DNA from: Ulvibacterium sp.
GTDB lineage: Bacteria > Bacteroidota > Bacteroidia > Flavobacteriales > Flavobacteriaceae
Reading direction: 5' to 3'
NCBI RefSeq assembly: GCF_965228935.1
Contig: NZ_OZ245846.1
Coordinates: 127,537 to 151,536, forward strand
Length of the DNA: 24,000 bases
The stretch's first letter is position 1. Each line of letters starts with the position of its first letter. Under the pieces are notes generated by a model that was not told the origin of the DNA, ran no database searches, and was given only the letters and a program-made list of their open reading frames with translations. Below, piece after piece: positions 1 to 9,126 of this stretch. A program made the translations under genes and the position numbers.

Positions 1-999
1 AGAAGTCCCATCCTCAACGTGCAATTCCCAATCCCGAAAACCTTCCGCAAGATCTACTAGTCTTGAAAAAACCTTTTTCTCCTCCGTCTCCGTCAAATTT
101 TGGATATCGGCAACGGCTATGGTTTCCTGTATGCCATCCTTCCTTTCATTTTCACAGGATGTATAAAACAGCATTCCAAGAATAATAGGGGCAATAAGTA
201 AATACTTCAATTTCCAAATTTGTTTTGATTTTGATTTTTGTAACATGACTATTCGTTTTTTAATTAATGATTCCTTAAAAAATTGATTGATAAATGAAAA
301 GCTTTGGGTTTGAAAAACTTGGGACAAAAGCAATTTGTATTGTTCATTTTTGTTCATTTTGGCGACTTGGGCGTCGGCAATGAATTCATGCAGTTCCGAA
401 ACCTTGTTTTGATACACGTAGACCAACGGATTGAACCAGCCCAGGATTCGCATCAACTCAAAAAACACTAGATCGTACGAGTGTCTTTGCCGAATATGTA
501 CCAACTCATGTTTAATGATAGTTTCGTGTTCCCTTTCGACTACCTTGTCACCCAAGAAAATAGATTTGAAAAAGGAAAAGGCTGCCCTACTATTGGGAAG
601 GATTACTCGGGTAAACTCATTAAAATAGTGTACTTCCCCTAGCCGTTTTAGTTTGTGGATCTGAAACAGCTTATACACAAAAAAAGCCGTGGTCAAAATC
701 ATACCGCCAAAAAGCAGGACAAGCTCCCAAGGTATACCAAAAGTTGACCCTTTGTCCCCCGTGACCGTTAGAGCGGCATTGTCCAAATTCCAAAGAAATT
801 CCGGATATCCCTGAAAAGCTGTTGGTACCTCGGTTCTAAAAGCCTCTATTTTTACCCAGGGCAATATCAAGGAAAGCAGATAGGAACCTATAAGATAGAC
901 CCTGTTCCATTGAAAAAAGGTCTCCCGCTTTAGCCAAAAATCGTAGATGGCCAAAAACACCAATTGAAATGCCATACATTCCAAAGCATACGGTATCAT
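1..999 (-). CDS. BlaR1/MecR1-like M56 family membrane peptidase (partial; C-terminus runs off the left edge)
   Basis: Manual reverse-strand translation starting at the ATG at 999: MIPYALECMAFQLVFLAIYDFWLKRETFFQWNRVYLIG..., with HELVHIRQRHSYDLVFFELMRILGWFNPLVY (HExxH zinc motif, ~501-560) and a later hydrophobic segment LLIAPIIILGMLFYTSC. Its ATG overlaps the upstream repressor stop codon (ATGA), which suggests translational coupling. Confidence 0.85.
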   Translation of the reverse strand, partial: MIPYALECMAFQLVFLAIYDFWLKRETFFQWNRVYLIGSYLLSLILPWVKIEAFRTEVPTAFQGYPEFLWNLDNAALTVTGDKGSTFGIPWELVLLFGGMILTTAFFVYKLFQIHKLKRLGEVHYFNEFTRVILPNSRAAFSFFKSIFLGDKVVEREHETIIKHELVHIRQRHSYDLVFFELMRILGWFNPLVYVYQNKVSELHEFIADAQVAKMNKNEQYKLLLSQVFQTQSFSFINQFFKESLIKKRIVMLQKSKSKQIWKLKYLLIAPIILGMLFYTSCENERKDGIQETIAVADIQNLTETEEKKVFSRLVDLAEGFRDWELHVEDGTS

Positions 1000-1358
1000 T
1001 CTTCCTCTTTTTTGATTTCTTGTAAAATGGATTCCAATTCCGAAAGGCTCATATCGTTCTTTTTCATAAAAAAGGATACCATACTCTTAAAAGATCCCTG
1101 AAAATAGCCATCCACCAATTTGTTTATGGACTGATTGCTATAATCCGATTTCTTGATCAACGGAAAATAGAAATGCCCTTTTCCCTCCTTTTCATGGTCT
1201 ACAAAACCCTTGCTCTCCAAAATCCGTACAATGGTAGAGACCGTATTATAGGCCGGTTTGGGTTCGGGAATTTCTTCTATAATGGCCGCTACATTACATT
1301 TTTCCAATTTCCAGAGAATTTGCATTACCTCCTCCTCCGCTTTGGTCAATTGTTTCAT
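996..1358 (-). CDS. BlaI/MecI/CopY-family winged-helix transcriptional repressor
   Basis: 120 aa ORF: MKQLTKAEEEVMQILWKLEKCNVAAIIEEI...PAYNTVSTIVRILESKGFVDHEKEGKGHFYFPL, typical BlaI/MecI/PenR family, directly upstream of the M56 gene. Confidence 0.92.
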   Translation of the reverse strand: MKQLTKAEEEVMQILWKLEKCNVAAIIEEIPEPKPAYNTVSTIVRILESKGFVDHEKEGKGHFYFPLIKKSDYSNQSINKLVDGYFQGSFKSMVSFFMKKNDMSLSELESILQEIKKEEE

Positions 1359-1360
1359 TT

Positions 1361-1376
1361 AACTAAGTTTTTAGTT
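1361..1376. promoter_or_regulatory. Candidate BlaI-family operator 1: AACTAA-GTTT-TTAGTT
   Basis: Inverted repeat AACTAA-N4-TTAGTT immediately upstream of the blaI-like start codon (1358). Confidence 0.6.
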
Positions 1377-1394
1377 CAAATAATATTCAAATAT

Positions 1395-1410
1395 AACTAA
1401 AATTTTAGTT
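1395..1410. promoter_or_regulatory. Candidate BlaI-family operator 2: AACTAA-AATT-TTAGTT
   Basis: Perfect 16-bp palindrome AACTAAAATTTTAGTT. Confidence 0.6.
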
Positions 1411-1412
1411 TA

Positions 1413-1428
1413 AACTAATTATTTAGTT
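1413..1428. promoter_or_regulatory. Candidate BlaI-family operator 3: AACTAA-TTAT-TTAGTT
   Basis: Third copy of the same 6-4-6 dyad, 18 bp start-to-start from operator 2. Confidence 0.6.
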
Positions 1429-1510
1429 AAAAATTTTTATGGATATCACATTACCGTATACATTTTCTGTAACAAAATGCGTGTATCTTAGTCCAACAGA
1501 AAAGGGAAAA

Positions 1511-2023
1511 ATGGATATTGTATTACTGGTCCTAGGATTTGTTTTAATGCTCATTGGCATCCTGGGAAGTTTTTTACCTGTACTGCCAGGACCTCCTATA
1601 AGCTGGATAGGCCTATTATTGTTGTATTTGACAAAGGCCGTTCCCCAGGATTGGTGGATACTGGGCATAACCCTTGGGGTAGCCCTTATCGTTGTTGCGT
1701 TGGATTACATTATCCCCGCAATGGGAACCAAGAAATTTGGAGGTAGCAAGGCCGGGATGATAGGTACCACAATTGGATTGTTGGTCGCGCTTTTATTTCC
1801 AATTTTGGGGCCCCTTGGTATTATTATCTGGCCTTTTATAGGGGCACTAATTGGGGAGCTACTCAACAAAGCGGATAAGAAAACGGCAACAAAGGCCGCT
1901 TTTGGCTCCTTTCTGGGGTTCTTAACGGGCACTTTCTTGAAATTTTTGGTTGCGGTAATATTCCTGGGAATGTTCGTTTCCGTGGCCTGGGAGCACAAGG
2001 CTGCCCTATTTCCTTTTTTTTAA
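1511..2023 (+). CDS. DUF456-like small multi-pass membrane protein
   Basis: The ORF extends to 1439, but the likely start is ATG 1511 (MDIVLLVLGFVLMLIGILGSFLPVLPGPPISWIGLLLLYLTKAVP...GTKKFGGSKAGMIGTTIGLLVALLFPILGPLGIIIWPFIGALIGELL), typical of the DUF456 family. Confidence 0.8.
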   Translation: MDIVLLVLGFVLMLIGILGSFLPVLPGPPISWIGLLLLYLTKAVPQDWWILGITLGVALIVVALDYIIPAMGTKKFGGSKAGMIGTTIGLLVALLFPILGPLGIIIWPFIGALIGELLNKADKKTATKAAFGSFLGFLTGTFLKFLVAVIFLGMFVSVAWEHKAALFPFF

Positions 2024-2045
2024 AATAGTCTTTTAAAACCCTGAT

Positions 2046-3365
2046 ATGCAAAAAAACGTTTTCGCTCTTTTGATTGCCGGCCTTGTTACTCTTTGCGGGG
2101 TTGCACAGCAGATAGATTCCGTTAAACTGGATAGCCTTTTTAACACCTTGGAAGCCAATGATCGTTTTATGGGAAGTCTGGCCCTTTCCCATGAAGGTCA
2201 AACCATATATGCCAAGGCTATTGGATATAGGGATATAAAAAACACCCTAAGACCGACAACCGATACCAAATACAGGGTCGGCTCCATAACCAAAATGTTT
2301 ACCTCCGTTCTCGTTTTTAAAACCGTGGAAGCGGGTAAACTAAAGCTTGACCAAACCATCGATACTTATTTTCCCAAAATCAAAAATAGCGATCAAATCA
2401 CCATTGCCAATCTGCTAAACCATAGAAGTGGCATTCATAGCTTTACAAGCCGTGCCGATTACCAAGAATGGGAAACCGAACCTAAAACCAGGGCAGAACT
2501 CCTTGAAATCATCCGAGATGGTGGAAGCGTTTTTGAGCCCAATAGCAAGGCCGAATACAGTAACTCCAATTATGTGCTGTTGACATTTATTCTAGAGGAC
2601 ATCCTAAAGAAACCGTACTCAGAACTTATATCCGAAAAGATTGCCCTACCCCTGGGCCTAAAAAATACCTATGTAGGGGATTCCATCAATTTAAATCGTA
2701 ACGAGGCCCATTCATACACCTATCTAAAAGATTGGGAAAGAAAGGACGAGACCCATATGTCCATCCCCTTAGGGGCCGGTGCACTGGTTTCCACACCCAC
2801 CGACTTGAATATGTTCATACATGCCCTTTTTTCGGGTGCATTGATTTCCAAGGAAAGCCTGGACCAGATGAAAACCATTTCCGATGGTTATGGCATGGGT
2901 ATTTTTCCGGTGCCATTCCACAATAAAAATGGATATGGGCACAATGGCGGAATAGACCGGTTTACCTCGGTCTTGGGATACTTCCCGGAGGATAAGGTCG
3001 CAGTAGCGCTAACTTCCAATGGCAATCGCTACGCCAACAACAGTATCATCATTGCCGTATTGAGCGCGCATTACGGGAAGCCTTTTGAGATACCTACTTT
3101 CACGACCATCAAGGTACAATCAAAAGATTTGGATAAGTATCTTGGGGTTTATGCCAGTGAGCAACTTTCATTAAAAATTACAATTACCAAGGATGGGGAT
3201 ATCCTTTTTGGCCAAGCTACGGGGCAACCCTCCTTCGCTATGGAAGCCGTGGAAAAGGACATATTCGAGTTTGCACAGGCCGGAGTGCGATTGGAATTTA
3301 CGCCCGATGAAAAGACCATGATCCTAAAACAAGCGGGCGGAGTGTACCACTACAAAATGGAATAG
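2046..3365 (+). CDS. Serine hydrolase, beta-lactamase / penicillin-binding (class C-like) family, secreted
   Basis: 439 aa; signal-like N-terminus MQKNVFALLIAGLVTLCGVAQ, SITK (SxxK), YSNSNY (YxN) motif, C-terminal lipocalin-like domain region. Confidence 0.88.
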   Translation: MQKNVFALLIAGLVTLCGVAQQIDSVKLDSLFNTLEANDRFMGSLALSHEGQTIYAKAIGYRDIKNTLRPTTDTKYRVGSITKMFTSVLVFKTVEAGKLKLDQTIDTYFPKIKNSDQITIANLLNHRSGIHSFTSRADYQEWETEPKTRAELLEIIRDGGSVFEPNSKAEYSNSNYVLLTFILEDILKKPYSELISEKIALPLGLKNTYVGDSINLNRNEAHSYTYLKDWERKDETHMSIPLGAGALVSTPTDLNMFIHALFSGALISKESLDQMKTISDGYGMGIFPVPFHNKNGYGHNGGIDRFTSVLGYFPEDKVAVALTSNGNRYANNSIIIAVLSAHYGKPFEIPTFTTIKVQSKDLDKYLGVYASEQLSLKITITKDGDILFGQATGQPSFAMEAVEKDIFEFAQAGVRLEFTPDEKTMILKQAGGVYHYKME

Positions 3366-3383
3366 ATCCAAATCTTCGACTCA

Positions 3384-3938
3384 CTATTTGAGCCAAACTG
3401 TTTTTTCCGTTATAGGTGTTCTGGTCTGTTGGGGAATTTCTTCATCATAATGCCCCATATAAAAGAAGCCCAAGCACTTTTCCCCTCCGCTCAAATCCAG
3501 AAACTCTCCCATATATTGTATTAACATAGGTGAGCTCCAATAGCAACCGATTCCCATTTCTGTACAACAGAGCCACATATTCTGTACGGCCATCGCCGTA
3601 GCAGCTGTTTCTTCCCACTCCGGTAAACTTTCTTTTGGGTCACGTTGCATACAAATAGCGATTATCGCCCCAGCTCTTTGGGGGTTCTCCAAAAGTTTTT
3701 TGATTTTAAACTGTTTTGGGTGTGCCTCGGTCTCCTGATACTTTTTTGAAAGGAATTGGCCCAACCGTTCCTTGGATTCACCAAGCAATACCTTAAATCG
3801 CCAAGGTTCCGTCTTTCTATGGGTCGGGGCCCAGCTGGCGGCCTCCAGGATTTTTTCAATATCGGTTTTGGCAATTGGGCTGGAATTATATTGAACCGGA
3901 AATACAGAACGTCTCTTTTTTATCAAATCGAAGATCAT
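3384..3938 (-). CDS. Nitroreductase family protein
   Basis: 184 aa: MIFDLIKKRRSVFPVQYNSSPIAKTDIEKILEAASWAPTHRKTEPWRFKVL...; RRS flavin-binding start and WAPTHRKTEPWRF typical of the family. Confidence 0.88.
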   Translation of the reverse strand: MIFDLIKKRRSVFPVQYNSSPIAKTDIEKILEAASWAPTHRKTEPWRFKVLLGESKERLGQFLSKKYQETEAHPKQFKIKKLLENPQRAGAIIAICMQRDPKESLPEWEETAATAMAVQNMWLCCTEMGIGCYWSSPMLIQYMGEFLDLSGGEKCLGFFYMGHYDEEIPQQTRTPITEKTVWLK

Positions 3939-3967
3939 ATGTTATATATTTAACACTATCAAACTTA

Positions 3968-5581
3968 ATGGATACATTTAGGATCCCGAATATAGTCCGA
4001 ATGGCATCGAAATCAAAAAAATTCCTTTTTGGCCAAGAGCACCTCACTGCCGGCATTGCGCTTGCCTTGGTCAGAGGTGAAATCATCGGTGAAATTCCCG
4101 AGAAATCCCGGGCCAAGCTTAGGGCAAGCCAAAAGATAGTATATGCCATTGTGGAGCATGGTCATCCGGTATATGGCATCAACACAGGGTTTGGGCCATT
4201 GTGTACCACTAGCATTTCCAGGGAAGAAACCAAAATACTGCAATCCAACATCTTAAAAAGTCATGCGGTCGGCGTTGGACCACCACTTGCTACGGAAATT
4301 GCCAAATTGATGTTGGTGCTTAAGGTGCACTCGCTGGCCAAAGGGTATTCCGGGATTGCCGAGACTACAATGGATCGAATCCTTTGGCATTTGGAGAATG
4401 ATGTAATTCCCATGGTTCCCTCGCAAGGTTCTGTAGGTGCGTCCGGCGATCTGGCGCCTTTGGCCCATCTTTTCCTTCCCTTGATCGGATTGGGAAAGGT
4501 AGCTTATAAAGGAGAGGTTTTGAATAGCTCGGTTTTGCTTAAAAAAGAGGGGTTGATGGCCTTGGAACTAGGGCCAAAAGAGGGATTGGCATTAATCAAC
4601 GGGACGCAATTTATAGCTGCCCATGCAATTACCGTAATCGAAAAAATGCATGCCTGTCTGGCTCAGGCCGATATCATAGGAGCCATGATGATCGAAGGCC
4701 TGCAGGGTTCTATTAAGCCCTTTTATAACGAATTGCATGCCCTACGCCCCTTTAAGGGAAATATACATGTAGCCAAAAGGGTAAAACGATTGCTCAAAGG
4801 TTCGGAGATCATGGAAGCCCATATCGATTGTGAACGGGTACAAGATCCCTATTCGCTCCGTTGTATTCCCCAGGTGCACGGGGCTTCGAGAAATGCCTGG
4901 TTGCATTTAAAGGAGTTATTGGAGGTAGAGCTAAATTCCGTCACGGATAATCCGGTCATTATCGCAGAGGAACTGACCATAAGCGGAGGCAACTTTCATG
5001 GCCAACCCTTGGCCCTGGCCTTGGATTACGCCTGTGTTGCTGCCTCCGAACTCGGCAATATTTCGGATAGGAGAATCTATTTGGCCCTGGAAGGCAATAG
5101 TCCCGGGGTTCCCAAATTATTAATGGAGGATACCGGCATCAATTCTGGTTATATGATCTTGCAATATACAGCTGCGGCTTTGGCGAGCGAAAACAAGGGT
5201 TTGTGTTTCCCTGCAAGTGCCGATAGCATCCCTACATCCTTGGGACAGGAAGACCATGTTAGCATGGGATCTATTTCCGGGAGAAAGGCGTTGCGGGTCC
5301 TGGAAAATGTTGAAAAGATTTTAGCCATAGAATTACTGACCGCGGCACAGGCTTTTGAATTTCGGAAGCCCTTAAAATCAGGTATTTTGTTGGACGTAAT
5401 CCATAAGGAAATCCGTAAAGTGGTGGCTTTTGCCAAGGAGGACAGGGTTTTCGCGGAAGATATTGAAATTGGAATCGGGTTGATACGATCAAAGTTCTTG
5501 ATATCAGTCATAGAGGAAACACGCAAAAAGAAGAACATGTCCTTGGAAACACCTTATTCCAAAGAATTTGAAGCGTATTAA
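3968..5581 (+). CDS. hutH: Histidine ammonia-lyase
   Basis: GSVGASGDLAPLAH contains the Ala-Ser-Gly MIO-forming motif; INTGFGPLCTTSIS; first gene of the hut cluster. The in-frame ATG at 4001 is an alternative start. Confidence 0.95.
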   Translation: MDTFRIPNIVRMASKSKKFLFGQEHLTAGIALALVRGEIIGEIPEKSRAKLRASQKIVYAIVEHGHPVYGINTGFGPLCTTSISREETKILQSNILKSHAVGVGPPLATEIAKLMLVLKVHSLAKGYSGIAETTMDRILWHLENDVIPMVPSQGSVGASGDLAPLAHLFLPLIGLGKVAYKGEVLNSSVLLKKEGLMALELGPKEGLALINGTQFIAAHAITVIEKMHACLAQADIIGAMMIEGLQGSIKPFYNELHALRPFKGNIHVAKRVKRLLKGSEIMEAHIDCERVQDPYSLRCIPQVHGASRNAWLHLKELLEVELNSVTDNPVIIAEELTISGGNFHGQPLALALDYACVAASELGNISDRRIYLALEGNSPGVPKLLMEDTGINSGYMILQYTAAALASENKGLCFPASADSIPTSLGQEDHVSMGSISGRKALRVLENVEKILAIELLTAAQAFEFRKPLKSGILLDVIHKEIRKVVAFAKEDRVFAEDIEIGIGLIRSKFLISVIEETRKKKNMSLETPYSKEFEAY

Positions 5582-5582
5582 A

Positions 5583-6842
5583 ATGGCAGGCACAAAAAAA
5601 CTGATCGGTCCTTTTAGACAAGTTGTATCCATGACTGGTCTATCATTAAAGGGTGCTATTTCGGATACTGAACTAACGGTCATATCCGATGCGGGAATCC
5701 TAATTACGGATGGCAACGTCAATGCTATAGGAAAATTTTCCCGTTTGCTAAACAACTTTAAGGAGACCGATACCGAAATCGTTCATTTGGAGGGCGACCA
5801 TGTTTGTTTGCCCGGTTTAGTGGATGCCCATACGCATATCTGTTATGGGGGTTCCCGAGCCAAAGACTATGCGTTGCGAAATTCGGGGAAGACGTATCTG
5901 GAAATCGCCAAGGCCGGTGGTGGTATCTGGGATACGGTGACCCAGACGCGAAAAGCTACAAAGGACAAACTCGCAGAACATACGGTTAACCTTGCCAAAC
6001 GCCATTTAAAAAACGGGACGACGACCCTTGAGGTCAAAAGTGGTTACGGGCTATCCATAGATGAGGAACTGAAGATGCTATACGCCATAAAGGAGGCCAA
6101 CGAAATCCTTCCCGTAGATTTAATACCGACCTGCTTGGCGGCACACATGCTTCCCAAGGATTATAAGGGAAGTGAAGAAGATTATCTGGCAGAGATTGGA
6201 AATTTACTTTTTCCCAAACTTCGGGAAGAAGATTTGACCCATCGCATCGACGCGTTTATTGAAGAAAATGCTTTTTCGGCAGAGCAAATCGGGCCCTATT
6301 TCAAAAAAGCCCGGGAAATGGGTTTTGATATTACGGTCCATGCCGATCAATTTTCCACTGGCGGTAGCAAAGTCGCAATTCAATTTGATGCCTTAAGTGC
6401 CGATCATCTTGAGGCGAGCACCCAAAAGGAAATTGGGCTACTGGCCAAAAGTAATGTTATTGCCACCGCATTACCTGGGGCTTCCTTGGGATTGGGCTGT
6501 AATTTTACCCCTGCCCGAAAAATCTTGGATGCGGGCGGAGCTTTGGCCATTGCCAGCGACCACAACCCGGGATCGGCCCCGATGGGGGATTTGTTGACCC
6601 AAGCTGCCCTATTAGGAGCTTTCGAAAAACTGTCCCATGCGGAAGTATTGGCGGGGATAACCTTTCGTGCCGCAGCGGCCCTTAACCTTTCGGATAGGGG
6701 CCTGTTGGCAAAAGGTTATTTGGCCGATCTTGTTATTTTCCGTACCAGTGATTACTCAGAAATCCTTTATCACCAAGGGAACTTAAAACCGTGTATGGTG
6801 TGGAAAAATGGTGAATTGATTTTTGATAGACAAAAGGATTGA
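5583..6842 (+). CDS. hutI: Imidazolonepropionase
   Basis: PGLVDAHTHICYGGSRAKDYALRNSGKTYLEIAKAGGGI, TLEVKSGYGLS, AIASDHNPGSAP. ATG at 5583 directly follows the hutH stop; the track ORF start at 5568 is a TTG. Confidence 0.95.
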   Translation: MAGTKKLIGPFRQVVSMTGLSLKGAISDTELTVISDAGILITDGNVNAIGKFSRLLNNFKETDTEIVHLEGDHVCLPGLVDAHTHICYGGSRAKDYALRNSGKTYLEIAKAGGGIWDTVTQTRKATKDKLAEHTVNLAKRHLKNGTTTLEVKSGYGLSIDEELKMLYAIKEANEILPVDLIPTCLAAHMLPKDYKGSEEDYLAEIGNLLFPKLREEDLTHRIDAFIEENAFSAEQIGPYFKKAREMGFDITVHADQFSTGGSKVAIQFDALSADHLEASTQKEIGLLAKSNVIATALPGASLGLGCNFTPARKILDAGGALAIASDHNPGSAPMGDLLTQAALLGAFEKLSHAEVLAGITFRAAAALNLSDRGLLAKGYLADLVIFRTSDYSEILYHQGNLKPCMVWKNGELIFDRQKD

Positions 6843-6893
6843 AGTACGAAATGCAAAAATACGAAGTATGAAGTTTGAAATACGGAAGTAAAA
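6843..6893. repeat. Degenerate TACGAAGT/TATGAAGT-like short repeat between hutI and hutU
   Basis: Reads GAAGTACGAAATGCAAAAATACGAAGTATGAAGTTTGAAATACGGAAGTA, with several near-copies of a TACGAARTRTGAAGT unit. Confidence 0.45.
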
Positions 6894-6934
6894 TAATGTA
6901 ATGTGCGTGGTAAAAAGCAAGAGACGAGACAAAA

Positions 6935-8944
6935 ATGACCTTTAAAGAACAAATACTTCAGGGTATCCCTGCGAAACTTCCGCATAAAAGGAACCACTCA
7001 AAAGAGGCGAATCATGCACCAAGGCGAAAAGACCTGTTATCCTTGGAAGAAAAGAAATTGGCCATCCGCAATGCCCTGCGCTATTTTCCCGAATTATGGC
7101 ATTCCGAACTCTCCAAGGAGTTCGCCGAGGAACTAAAGACCTATGGCCGAATCTACATGTATCGCTTCAAGCCGGATTACGAAATGTATGCCCGACCCAT
7201 CGCGGCGTATCCTTCAAAAACAAAACAGGCGGCGGCCATCATGTTAATGATCCAGAACAATCTGGATCCCAAAGTTGCCCAGCACCCCGAAGAATTGATT
7301 ACCTACGGCGGTAATGGTGCAGTTTTCCAAAACTGGGCACAATACCTTTTGACCATGCACTATTTGGCCACGATGACGGAGGAACAAACCTTGCATATGT
7401 ACTCGGGTCACCCCATGGGACTTTTTCCATCGGCAAAGGAGGCACCCAGGGTGGTCGTCACCAATGGCATGATGATTCCCAATTACTCCAAACCGGATGA
7501 TTGGGAAAGATTCAATGCTCTCGGCGTTACCCAATACGGACAGATGACGGCAGGTTCCTATATGTACATCGGGCCTCAGGGAATTGTACATGGGACGGCC
7601 ATCACGGTCATGAACGCTTTCCGGAAAGTGCTACAAAAAGACGAAACCCCGGCGGGAAAAGTATTCCTAACTGCTGGACTAGGCGGTATGAGCGGTGCCC
7701 AACCTAAGGCCGGTAACATTGCCGGATGCATCACCGTCTGCGCGGAAGTAAATCCAGCAGCTGCCCAAAAAAGGTACGACCAAGGCTGGGTAGATGTATT
7801 AATGGATGATTTGGATCGCCTAGTTCTGCGTACAAAGGAAGCTCAAAGGAATGGGGAAACCCTATCATTGGCCTATATTGGAAATGTGGTGGACGTATGG
7901 GAACGTTTTCTGAAGGAAAACATTTTTGTGCATTTAGGCTCTGATCAGACCTCCTTGCACAATCCATGGGCGGGTGGCTATTATCCGGTGGGATGTAGTT
8001 TTGAGGAATCCAACCAATTAATGGCCCAAGACCCTACCCTCTTCAAGGAAAAAGTTCAGGAGTCCCTTCGAAGACAGGTAGATGCCATTAACCAACATTC
8101 CCAAAAAGGGACCTATTTCTTTGACTATGGAAATGCATTTTTATTAGAAGCTTCTCGCGCGGGGGCCAAAGTAATGGCGGATAACGGCATCGATTTCAAA
8201 TACCCCAGCTACGTTCAGGATATTTTGGGACCCCTATGTTTCGATTATGGTTTTGGGCCGTTCCGTTGGGTATGTACTTCGGGCCATCCGGATGATCTTC
8301 GAAAAACCGATGCCCTAGCCTTGGAGGAAATGCAAAAAATCAAATCTAACGCACCTAAGGAAATCCGGCAGCAAATGCAGGACAACATCCAATGGATTTC
8401 CGAGGCAGATCAGAACCGATTGGTCATAGGTTCCCAAGCCCGGATTCTTTATGCCGATGCAGAGGGCAGGGTCAAAATAGCCGAAGCTTTTAACAATGCC
8501 ATAAAAAGTGGTGAGATTTCGGCTCCTGTTGTTTTGGGAAGGGATCATCACGATGTAAGCGGAACGGATTCCCCATTCCGGGAAACCAGCAACATCTATG
8601 ACGGAAGCCAATTTACTTCGGATATGGCCCTACATAACGTTATCGGTGACAGCTTTCGGGGCGCTACCTGGGTGTCGATCCACAATGGCGGGGGTGTTGG
8701 ATGGGGCGAAGTCATCAATGGAGGATTTGGTTTGTTGCTCGACGGCTCCGAAGAAGCCTCAAAAAGTATACAGAATATGTTGTTTTATGACGTAAACAAC
8801 GGTATCGCCCGGCGAAGTTGGGCACGGAACAAGGAAGCGCTTTTTGCCATTCAACTTGAAATGGAACGAACTCCTGAATTAAAGGTTACCCTACCCAATT
8901 TTGTTGATGACGGACTTTTGGAAGGTTTGTTCGACCATCCTTGA
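6935..8944 (+). CDS. hutU: Urocanate hydratase (long form)
   Basis: 669 aa; GGNGAVFQNWAQYLLTMHYLATMTEEQTLHMYSGHPMGLFPS, YIGPQGIVHGTAITVMNA, FLTAGLGGMSGAQPKA, HNGGGVGWGEVINGGFG. Confidence 0.95.
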   Translation: MTFKEQILQGIPAKLPHKRNHSKEANHAPRRKDLLSLEEKKLAIRNALRYFPELWHSELSKEFAEELKTYGRIYMYRFKPDYEMYARPIAAYPSKTKQAAAIMLMIQNNLDPKVAQHPEELITYGGNGAVFQNWAQYLLTMHYLATMTEEQTLHMYSGHPMGLFPSAKEAPRVVVTNGMMIPNYSKPDDWERFNALGVTQYGQMTAGSYMYIGPQGIVHGTAITVMNAFRKVLQKDETPAGKVFLTAGLGGMSGAQPKAGNIAGCITVCAEVNPAAAQKRYDQGWVDVLMDDLDRLVLRTKEAQRNGETLSLAYIGNVVDVWERFLKENIFVHLGSDQTSLHNPWAGGYYPVGCSFEESNQLMAQDPTLFKEKVQESLRRQVDAINQHSQKGTYFFDYGNAFLLEASRAGAKVMADNGIDFKYPSYVQDILGPLCFDYGFGPFRWVCTSGHPDDLRKTDALALEEMQKIKSNAPKEIRQQMQDNIQWISEADQNRLVIGSQARILYADAEGRVKIAEAFNNAIKSGEISAPVVLGRDHHDVSGTDSPFRETSNIYDGSQFTSDMALHNVIGDSFRGATWVSIHNGGGVGWGEVINGGFGLLLDGSEEASKSIQNMLFYDVNNGIARRSWARNKEALFAIQLEMERTPELKVTLPNFVDDGLLEGLFDHP

Positions 8945-8976
8945 TAAATAATATTACTTTTGGAATGGTAAGATAT

Positions 8977-9090
8977 GGCTAAAGCCCTTTATTATAGTTT
9001 TCCTCCTGATAAATCAGGAGGCATTCAGTAGAATTGCCATAGGCTTCAGCCTATGAATTATAATAAAATCCATAAAGGCTTTAGCCAAAC
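8977..9090. repeat. Left repeat/hairpin block of the RAYT-type element
   Basis: Contains GGCTAAAGCC (8977-8986), perfect hairpin CCTCCTGAT-AA-ATCAGGAGG (9002-9021), perfect hairpin CATAGGCT-TC-AGCCTATG (9038-9055) and GGCTTTAGCCAAAC (9077-9090). Confidence 0.8.
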
Positions 9091-9126
9091 CCTTCAATAT
9101 TCATTCATATCCTAAGTAATACGGGC

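Noticed and set aside
5149-5538. 129-aa minus-strand ORF opposite hutH (MFFFLRVSSMTDIKNFDRIN...)
   Set aside because: Fully antisense to a well-supported hutH; low-complexity, no recognisable domain. Typical shadow ORF.
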